DNA of 64,000 nt from Halarcobacter sp. GTDB lineage: Bacteria > Campylobacterota > Campylobacteria > Campylobacterales > Arcobacteraceae. The DNA lies in the NCBI GenBank assembly GCA_963676565.1, contig OY781089.1, positions 2,912,001 through 2,976,000 on the forward strand. The letters run 5' to 3'. Below the pieces are notes generated by a model. The model did no database searches. It was not told the origin of the DNA and saw nothing but the letters and a program-made list of their open reading frames with translations. Of the stretch, positions 1-7,099 are shown piece after piece (position 1 is the first letter of the stretch; every line of letters starts with the position of its first letter). A program made the translations under genes and the position numbers.

Positions 1-593
1 CTATTAATATTCATTTTTTCTGCAACATTATTATTAGAATTTTTAAAACTACTAATTATTTCTTCATTTTTTAAATTAATCTCTTTTAATTGAGAATTGT
101 TTCTTTTTTCTATCTCTAAAATATTTTGAAGCTCTTCAATTGTCTTTTCTAATTTATTATATCTTTTACCATTATCGATAGGCTTTATAAAAGGCCTACA
201 TATTTTATCTTCAACCTTATTGTAACTTTTATAAAACCAACAAGCGATAAGATATGCTTCTTCTATTAGCCATAATGTTTCATTAAAATCAATTTTATTC
301 TCCCCATGAACAGCTTTATTCCCTTTAATTCTTATTGCATGAAACTTATCTAAAATTGTTCTATTTATAATCTTTTCAAATTCTTTATTCCTCAATTTAT
401 CCAGTAAATTCCAACTTTTATTACAGTATATATTTAAGTCTCTGTAAATAATGCCAATAGTTAGTTCAATAAAGCAACGAAGTTTCATTAATGAACTTTG
501 TGGATCTGAGTATGTATATAACTCAGCTTCAACCCCTAACTTGGCAAGCTCTGGCCAAGTATCTTTTAAAAAATTAAAATTATTTGTGATCAT
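1..593 (-). CDS. DUF4145-containing protein resembling the N-terminus of EcoKI-like HsdR (runs off left edge)
   Basis: Manual translation: MITNNFNFLKDTWPELAKLGVEAELYTYSDPQSSLMKLRCFIE...FHAIRIKGNKAVH; the R-x2-GN-x-A-x-H motif is typical of DUF4145. Not in the ORF track because it is open-ended. Confidence 0.7.
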   Translation of the reverse strand, partial: MITNNFNFLKDTWPELAKLGVEAELYTYSDPQSSLMKLRCFIELTIGIIYRDLNIYCNKSWNLLDKLRNKEFEKIINRTILDKFHAIRIKGNKAVHGENKIDFNETLWLIEEAYLIACWFYKSYNKVEDKICRPFIKPIDNGKRYNKLEKTIEELQNILEIEKRNNSQLKEINLKNEEIISSFKNSNNNVAEKMNIN

Positions 594-651
594 ATGTGTA
601 ACCATTGTTATTATATATTATCATTGATTATATCTATAGTATTATTATATA

Positions 652-975
652 TTAATGAGATAAGTGATGGTTTTCAACATCGTAACCAAGGTTAATAAGC
701 TCATTGTCATTTCTTGTTCCAAGCTGTCTTTTAAGTGCAGCAATATTATGAATCCACTTTTTACCATCTTTGACAAAGTATCTTCCATTATATGCATCTT
801 CATCATATACAATTTCAAACCCATTTTTTAAAGATAACCTTTCTCTTCTATTAAAGTTTTTAGAATTTGATTTTCTTGCTGAAAGGTAACTACTTCTACT
901 TTCATATTTTACGGCATATGGTATTCCCTCATTTCCCCAAAGTCCATTTTCTCTTCCATAATCATAATCACTCAT
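652..975 (-). CDS. Hypothetical protein (~107 aa)
   Basis: ORF track 652..1026; start reassigned to ATG at 975, which follows an AAAGGA SD and lies downstream of the predicted promoter. Confidence 0.7.
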   Translation of the reverse strand: MSDYDYGRENGLWGNEGIPYAVKYESRSSYLSARKSNSKNFNRRERLSLKNGFEIVYDEDAYNGRYFVKDGKKWIHNIAALKRQLGTRNDNELINLGYDVENHHLSH

Positions 976-1003
976 AACAAATCCTTTCAATTTATATGTT
1001 GTA

Positions 1004-1037
1004 ATTGTAAATATAATTATAGACATATATTGTCTAT
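1004..1037 (-). promoter_or_regulatory. Palindromic operator plus -10 box (site 1)
   Basis: Minus strand reads TAGACAATATATGTCTA-taattatatt-TACAAT (TGTCTA-N10-TAnnnT). Confidence 0.75.
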
Positions 1038-1073
1038 CTAAAATATAATTAATTTATATTCCTAATTTATAAA

Positions 1074-1105
1074 AGACATTATATGTCCAAACTAAAAAGT
1101 AAACT
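1074..1105 (+). promoter_or_regulatory. Palindromic operator plus -10 box (site 2)
   Basis: AGACATTATATGTCCA-aactaaaaag-TAAACT. Confidence 0.7.
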
Positions 1106-1129
1106 TCATAATTGAAATTGGAGAAAAAG

Positions 1130-2206
1130 ATGAAAAATAGAAAAAGAACTTTAGATATTAGAGTTATTCAATCATTACAAAAAAAACTAAATAAAAGTAT
1201 ATTTGCTCAAGACGAAGCTATATCAACATTAGTTGATTATATAACCATTAGTGCAGTTGGATTAAATAATAAAGAAAAACCAATTGGTTCTTTTCTCTTT
1301 ACAGGGCCAACAGGAGTTGGTAAAACAGAACTTGCAAAACAATTAGCAAAAAACCTTAATTTACATTTTCAAAGATTTGATATGAGTGAATATAGTACAG
1401 AAAGAAGTGCTGATAATCTAATAGGTGGTGCTGCTGGATTAGTAGGTTATGATGAAGGTGGACTTCTTACTAATGCAATATTAGACAACCCTGATTGTAT
1501 ATTGTTATTTGATGAAATAGAAAAAGCTGATAAATCAATATTAAATAAATTCTTACAAATTATGGATTATGGAAAACTAACAAGCTCAAAAGGAGAAGAA
1601 GTCTATTTTAATAATACTATCGTCATATTTACATCAAATTTAGGTTCAATAAAAACTACAAGAAGAACTGCTGGCTTTGGTTCTAAAACATATATTGAAA
1701 CAGAAAATGGTTTTGATGAATATCTAAGTCCTGAGTTTATAGGAAGAATAAATCAAATTGTAGAATTTAATCCAACAAATAAAGAGATATCAAAAATGAT
1801 TGTAAAAAAATTTTTTAATCAAATTGAAGAGATGTTAAAAAATAGAAATATTAGTGTTAAAGCTACTGAAGATATCATTAATAAAATCATTGAGAATAGT
1901 AATTCTAATTTAGGGGCAAGAAACTTAGAAAACTTAATCACTCAAAATATAAAAGTTATCATATCTCAAGAACTGCTATTAGGAAAAATTACAAACAATT
2001 CAATAATACTCTTTGATTGGGATAAAGATACTAATGAATACAAATATACTATTGAAAAAGCAGAGGTTTTAATTAAAATCCCTGAAATATTGTATGACAC
2101 TCCATATTTTAAGAATGCTGAAGAAGCACAAAACTATGCAAAACAAAACCCTGGAACAGTAATTATGAGAGATCCAAATACAGATGGATATATTATAAAA
2201 GAATGA
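1130..2206 (+). CDS. Stand-alone ClpA/ClpB C-terminal (D2) AAA+ ATPase
   Basis: Walker A GPTGVGKTELAK, RFDMSEY, pore loop GLVGYDEGG, Walker B LLFDEIEKA, GARNL. No N-domain or D1. GGAG SD precedes ATG at 1130. Confidence 0.85.
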   Translation: MKNRKRTLDIRVIQSLQKKLNKSIFAQDEAISTLVDYITISAVGLNNKEKPIGSFLFTGPTGVGKTELAKQLAKNLNLHFQRFDMSEYSTERSADNLIGGAAGLVGYDEGGLLTNAILDNPDCILLFDEIEKADKSILNKFLQIMDYGKLTSSKGEEVYFNNTIVIFTSNLGSIKTTRRTAGFGSKTYIETENGFDEYLSPEFIGRINQIVEFNPTNKEISKMIVKKFFNQIEEMLKNRNISVKATEDIINKIIENSNSNLGARNLENLITQNIKVIISQELLLGKITNNSIILFDWDKDTNEYKYTIEKAEVLIKIPEILYDTPYFKNAEEAQNYAKQNPGTVIMRDPNTDGYIIKE

Positions 2207-2213
2207 TATTAAA

Positions 2214-2246
2214 TAGACAATATATGTCTAAAACTATCTTTATAAT
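2214..2246 (+). promoter_or_regulatory. Palindromic operator plus -10 box (site 3)
   Basis: TAGACAATATATGTCTA-aaactatctt-TATAAT; the 17-bp operator is identical to site 1. Confidence 0.8.
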
Positions 2247-2277
2247 TACAATATAAAATTTAAAGAAGGAGTTTAAG

Positions 2278-2565
2278 ATGGTAGCAGTAACAACACACGG
2301 GATGGAAAGAATGAATCAAAGAGGTATCACAAAAGAGATGATAGAGATTGTTTTAGAGTATGGTGATTATATTCAGGATAAAGTCATCTTAAACTCAAGA
2401 AAACTAAAAAAACTAATAAAAAAAGTTTCTAAAGATTCAAAGCCAAAACTTTTAAAAGTATTGGATAAAGGTGGATTAGTAGTAGTTTTAAGTGATGATA
2501 ATACAGTAATTACAACATACAATCATAATAGAAAACCATTTCATAAAAGGACTGTAAATGTTTAA
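2278..2565 (+). CDS. DUF4258-like small protein
   Basis: TTHGMERMNQRGIT...VVV...TVITTY pattern; AAGGAG SD. Confidence 0.65.
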   Translation: MVAVTTHGMERMNQRGITKEMIEIVLEYGDYIQDKVILNSRKLKKLIKKVSKDSKPKLLKVLDKGGLVVVLSDDNTVITTYNHNRKPFHKRTVNV

Positions 2566-2787
2566 TGAAGTACAAAAAGAGTTTGACTCAAGTGTGAGAA
2601 GACTTGCAGAAAATAGTCTATTAAAAAAACTAAAAAAGCAAGGTATCAAAGAAGTGATATATCAAATGAACAGTTTGAAGAGTTTTTAGAAGCTGAAATA
2701 GAAATTATAAAAACAGATGGTAAAAAAGTTGGAGCTGGTATGGCTGTTGGTATTGGAATATCAATATTAACTGGTGGATTATTTTAA
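2558..2787 (+). pseudogene. Frameshifted small protein with glycine-rich hydrophobic C-terminus (~76 aa if restored)
   Basis: AAGGA SD + ATG 2558 gives MFNEVQKEFDSSVRRLAENSLLKKLKKQGIK. Adding one A at ~2648-2650 continues RSDISNEQFEEFLEAEIEIIKTDGKKVGAGMAVGIGISILTGGLF* to 2787, filling the operon gap exactly. Confidence 0.7.
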
Positions 2788-2796
2788 AGGACTACT

Positions 2797-3075
2797 ATGA
2801 ATACAAAAGAGTTAGAAAAAATTATAGATGGGACTTCAAGAAAATCAACAGCAGGGAAGGTTTGGACTATTACAAAATTCTTGTCAGTTTGTGGATGGTG
2901 TACTGGCAAATTTATTGTTAAAAATACTCCTACTGTATTAGGTGCTGCATGGGAGATAAAAAGAGAGATAAGTGATTCTATTGTTGAAGAGTATCAAGAG
3001 TATAAGAAAGAACAAAAAAAGCTTGAAATGGAAGAGAGAATAAAAATGCTTACACATAAAGGAGCAAAAAAATGA
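2797..3075 (+). CDS. Hypothetical protein
   Basis: AAGGA SD; translationally coupled to the next ORF. Confidence 0.75.
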   Translation: MNTKELEKIIDGTSRKSTAGKVWTITKFLSVCGWCTGKFIVKNTPTVLGAAWEIKREISDSIVEEYQEYKKEQKKLEMEERIKMLTHKGAKK

Positions 3076-3347
3076 GTGCTGAAAAACTACTTGATGACGC
3101 AATAAAATCTATAAAAGATGGAGCTAATACAGTATCAAACAAATATGAAGAACATATTAGAGAAAAAGCTATAGAAAAAGTAAATGCAAAAATCACTGAA
3201 AAAGGTTTAAATGTTGAACAAATAGAATCAGATGATTATGAAGCAATGATTTCTGATCTCTCAAAAGATATAAAAGAGGACTATGCAAAAAAAGCTTCAC
3301 AAGGTTTATTAGCATTTATTGGTCTTGATATGTTAATTGGATTTTAG
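3072..3347 (+). CDS. Hypothetical protein with hydrophobic C-terminal tail
   Basis: AAGGAG SD, ATGA overlap; resembles the restored 2558-2787 product. Confidence 0.75.
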   Translation: MSAEKLLDDAIKSIKDGANTVSNKYEEHIREKAIEKVNAKITEKGLNVEQIESDDYEAMISDLSKDIKEDYAKKASQGLLAFIGLDMLIGF

Positions 3348-3355
3348 GAGATTAG

Positions 3356-3736
3356 ATGTTAAAACTACTATTTAAAACAACTGCATACTATATCATATGG
3401 CAAAAGTTTAAGAAACAGATTATCTTAGTCTTTTCTTCAATAATACTAATCTCATTTATTGGAATAATCTACGAAGATTTACTTGAAGTAATGAAAGTAA
3501 ATAATAGAGATAGTGTAGGAGTATTGTTATTCTTCAAATGGTTTCTAATTTTTTCTATCATAGGTTTTAATATCTATGTTTTAAGAAAAACAAACATAGA
3601 TCCAAAAGAATTAAACTCCTCAAAACAAAAAGAACCATTTTTTACAAACTACTCAAAAAAAGAGCAAGAGATTCTAAAGAAAGAAGATGAGCTTATAACT
3701 ATTACTGATTTGATTTTAAAGAAGTATGAGAACTAA
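3356..3736 (+). CDS. Hypothetical membrane protein (2 TM)
   Basis: AGGAG SD; two hydrophobic segments. Confidence 0.75.
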   Translation: MLKLLFKTTAYYIIWQKFKKQIILVFSSIILISFIGIIYEDLLEVMKVNNRDSVGVLLFFKWFLIFSIIGFNIYVLRKTNIDPKELNSSKQKEPFFTNYSKKEQEILKKEDELITITDLILKKYEN

Positions 3737-4094
3737 TATGAAAACTATAACTCTAATTGCATTTATTCTATCTCTTTTAACTGCTTGTTCATCTGTAAAA
3801 AAGAATGAAAAATACTATCAAACAAACTTCTGTGAAGATTTAAATGGAAAAATAGAGTATAGATTAAAAGATAAAACAAGAGTAGATTGTCTAACAAATG
3901 ATTTTGCCATAGAAGTTGACTGGGCGAAAAAATGGGCTGAAGCTATTGGACAATCACTTTATTATTCTGAAATGACAAATAAAAAAGCAGCCATAGCTTT
4001 AATAGCCTCTTCAAAAGATAAAAGATTTATAAAAAGAGCAAAGAGATTAAGTGAAAAGTTTGATATTAAAATATTCATTATAGAAAAAGAGTAA
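3726..4094 (+). CDS. Predicted lipoprotein with PD-(D/E)xK-like nuclease fold
   Basis: Signal peptide with lipobox LTAC; RVDCLT...AIEVD...AIGQSLYY resembles D...ExK...QxxxY nuclease motifs. Start may be ATG 3738. Confidence 0.55.
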   Translation: MRTNMKTITLIAFILSLLTACSSVKKNEKYYQTNFCEDLNGKIEYRLKDKTRVDCLTNDFAIEVDWAKKWAEAIGQSLYYSEMTNKKAAIALIASSKDKRFIKRAKRLSEKFDIKIFIIEKE

Positions 4095-4095
4095 G

Positions 4096-5949
4096 ATGAA
4101 AGATAAAAGCCAAAGAGAAATTAGACTATTAAAAATATTCTTACTGTTTTTATTTATCACTTTTTGCTTGATAGCTTTACTGCTATCAACACTTAGCACT
4201 ATAAATAGTGATAGAAAAATCCCACCAATGACTATTTCCAAAAGTGAATTAGCAATAAGAGGAGATGTTTTTAGTAGTGATGATTTTAAAATAACTACTT
4301 CAAAAAAGATTTATAAAGCCTCTATTGATACAAGATATTTAGATACAAATAAAAAAGAGCTGTTTGTAAAACTATTTTCAATATATAGCAATATTCCATA
4401 TCAAAGAATATTAAAAAAAGTAGATAACTCTTTAAAAAAACCCTCAAATTTGGTTCTATCATATAACATAGATTCAAGAACTGCAAAAAATCTAAAAGAG
4501 CTCGGATTTAAACTAAGAAAACTAAATGTGTTTATCGCAAGAAGAGTAAATGGAATAAGAAATCTAAGAGGTCTTAGTATTATTGAAAGTGGAGAAAAAA
4601 GAGTCTATTCATATAAAAACACTTTAACTCCTGCAGTTGGTTATATAAGAAAATTTGAATCAAAAAAAGGAAAAACAAAAGTAAAAGGAATAAAAGGTAT
4701 TGAAAAAAAGTTTGATGGTATTTTAAATGGTAGTAATGATGGTTTACTAAAAGGAAATAGAGATGTTCTTTCATATATTAACTTTGATAAAAACTCCATT
4801 TTAAAACAAAGAGTTGATGGAGCAAATATTCATCTAAATATTCCCCTAAGACTTCAAAAGAACATAGAGATGATTTTAGATATCTATAAAAAGAAATTAA
4901 AAGCAGATGAGATTATAGTTTCTGTTATGGAAAGCTCTTCTGGAAATGTATTAACATTAGCCTCTTCTAATAGATTCAACCCTGAAAAGATTCTAACTAA
5001 AGATATGTCTTCATTAAATGTAAAAGCAGTAGAGTATCCATTTGAGCCAGGATCAGTTATAAAACCTATTTCCATATCGTTAGTTTTAGATAAAAAAAGA
5101 GTTAAAAGCAATAAACTATTTTTAGCCTATAATTTAAAAGGAAAGCCAAATAAAAAAGGAAAGTACCCAAAAGGAAGATATAAAATTGGAAGGTTTTGGA
5201 TTAGAGATGATCATAGATTTAAAAAGCATTATCTAACAATAGATGATATAGTTATATTCTCTTCAAATATTGGAACACTTCAACTTGCACAAAAATTATC
5301 AGGAAAAGAGATGCTTAAGGGTATGCAAAGATTTGGGTTTACTAAAAGAACAGGAATAGAATTACCTTATGAAAAAACAGGAAAGCTTCCCTCTTTAAAA
5401 CAATTATCAGTAGGTGAAAGTAAAAACAAAGATAATGTATATAAAGCAACTGTATCTTATGGACAAGGTATGACTTCTACTTTTATGCAAGTATTAAAAG
5501 CATATACAGTATTTAACAATAAAGGATATATATCAACTCCAAAACTAATCTCTTTTATAGAATCAAATAAAGGAATTTGTGAAGCACCAATTAGTAGTAA
5601 AGAAAGAGTTCTTTCAAAAGAGACTGCAGATGAGATAAAAAGACTTTTAATAAAAACGGTAAATAAAGGAACAGGAAAAGCTGCGAAAATTGAAGGTTTG
5701 GAAATTGGAGGAAAAACAGGAACTGCACAAATAGCAAGAAGAGGTAAATATCAAAAGAAGTATATCTCTTCATTTTTTGGCTTTGCAAATGATAGTAAAA
5801 ACTCATACACCATTGGAGTAACTGTCTTTAATCCAAATTCAAAAGGTAAACATTGGTATCAGTATTATGCTTCTAAATCTGCTGTTCCTGTATTTAAAGA
5901 AGTAGTAAATACTCTTTTAAAGTTTAACTACTTAAACAATAGTAAGTAG
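4096..5949 (+). CDS. ftsI: Class B penicillin-binding protein, FtsI/PBP3-like (island-borne paralogue)
   Basis: N-terminal TM, RGDVFSSD, GIEKKFD, SxxK (EPGSVIKP), SxN (FSSNIG), KTG (GGKTGTAQ). Confidence 0.85.
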   Translation: MKDKSQREIRLLKIFLLFLFITFCLIALLLSTLSTINSDRKIPPMTISKSELAIRGDVFSSDDFKITTSKKIYKASIDTRYLDTNKKELFVKLFSIYSNIPYQRILKKVDNSLKKPSNLVLSYNIDSRTAKNLKELGFKLRKLNVFIARRVNGIRNLRGLSIIESGEKRVYSYKNTLTPAVGYIRKFESKKGKTKVKGIKGIEKKFDGILNGSNDGLLKGNRDVLSYINFDKNSILKQRVDGANIHLNIPLRLQKNIEMILDIYKKKLKADEIIVSVMESSSGNVLTLASSNRFNPEKILTKDMSSLNVKAVEYPFEPGSVIKPISISLVLDKKRVKSNKLFLAYNLKGKPNKKGKYPKGRYKIGRFWIRDDHRFKKHYLTIDDIVIFSSNIGTLQLAQKLSGKEMLKGMQRFGFTKRTGIELPYEKTGKLPSLKQLSVGESKNKDNVYKATVSYGQGMTSTFMQVLKAYTVFNNKGYISTPKLISFIESNKGICEAPISSKERVLSKETADEIKRLLIKTVNKGTGKAAKIEGLEIGGKTGTAQIARRGKYQKKYISSFFGFANDSKNSYTIGVTVFNPNSKGKHWYQYYASKSAVPVFKEVVNTLLKFNYLNNSK

Positions 5950-5979
5950 ACATTATATGACCAAGATAATAAGTAAAAT
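5947..5979 (+). promoter_or_regulatory. Palindromic operator plus -10 box (site 4)
   Basis: TAGACATTATATGACCA-agataataag-TAAAAT. Confidence 0.65.
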
Positions 5980-6003
5980 CTTTTTAAATAAAAGGATTTA
6001 TAT

Positions 6004-6369
6004 ATGAAGTTTACATACCAAGAAGTTAAAGATATTTCAATGTTAATAGAGGCTTTTCAAAAAGAGTACTGGGTACATAGAAGTATGCATGACAAAGATT
6101 ATCCTTTTGAAAACTTATTACCATTAAATTTACTTGATGAAATTATCTATAGATTAAAAGAAGTATCAAATATAAAATCAAAGTATGCAGATTTTATCGA
6201 ACTAAAATCAGATATTGATTTTATTGAAGAGTATTATGAGATAAAGAAATTCCCAAATGTCAATATTTGGTTATCAAATACAAATAGTACTTTAAGAGAG
6301 ACTTTCTCTTCATATATTGAACAAGTAAAAAAAGTAAATCATTATGAAAAGAGTAGAAATGAAAATTAG
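6004..6369 (+). CDS. Hypothetical protein
   Basis: AAAGGA SD; first gene after site 4. Confidence 0.7.
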   Translation: MKFTYQEVKDISMLIEAFQKEYWVHRSMHDKDYPFENLLPLNLLDEIIYRLKEVSNIKSKYADFIELKSDIDFIEEYYEIKKFPNVNIWLSNTNSTLRETFSSYIEQVKKVNHYEKSRNEN

Positions 6370-7099
6370 AATAGCTTTATTTTTAACTATTTTTCTTTTT
6401 AATGTAAATAGCTTTGCAAGTGAATATAGTGACTATATAGTAAAAATACATGTTGGAAAAATTTATAATAGTGAAGAAGAGAGACTATATAGCCAAGGAG
6501 AATTAGTCTATTTAGAAGGTACTGGTTTAATTCTTAATAACAATAAAGTCTTAACATCGGCTAATTTATTAAGAGATTCAAACTGGATTACTATAAATAA
6601 AGAGAACCTACATAAATGGTATAGAGCAAAAATAGTTGAAGTCTCTTATATTACAAACTTAGCTATTTTGGAGATTGAGAATTATGAAATATCAGAAACT
6701 TTAAAACCTATATCTTTTGCAAAAAAAGTAGAAAAAGAAAGTATAGTTTCAGTTGTTGGCTTTGAAGCTGGGAACAATGAACTAACTATTTCCAAAAATC
6801 TTATATCAAGAATTAAAAAAAGTAATAAAAACAACTACAATATAAATTTCCCTGTAATACAGATTGACAGAGACTTAAATCATATTATCAGTGGAGCAGT
6901 TGTTTTAAATCTAAAAAATGAGTTAGTTGGAATTGGTATGCAGCCTTCTGAATATTTTAGTAGTAAAGCTTATATTGTTCCAATAGACTTAATAAGAATA
7001 TTTTTAAATGATTTAAACTACAAGAAGAGAAAAAGAAGAGATTACTTTTTTAAAAGAGAGCAATTTATCAATTTATTTGCAAAAGGAAAAAATATATGA
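6344..7099 (+). CDS. Exported trypsin-like (DegP/HtrA-type) protease domain, catalytically degenerate
   Basis: Signal peptide; GTGLIL..KVLTSANLL (His site is N), TNLAILEI (Asp site is N), IQID..LNHIISGAVV (degenerate GNSGG). Confidence 0.7.
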   Translation: MKRVEMKIRIALFLTIFLFNVNSFASEYSDYIVKIHVGKIYNSEEERLYSQGELVYLEGTGLILNNNKVLTSANLLRDSNWITINKENLHKWYRAKIVEVSYITNLAILEIENYEISETLKPISFAKKVEKESIVSVVGFEAGNNELTISKNLISRIKKSNKNNYNINFPVIQIDRDLNHIISGAVVLNLKNELVGIGMQPSEYFSSKAYIVPIDLIRIFLNDLNYKKRKRRDYFFKREQFINLFAKGKNI

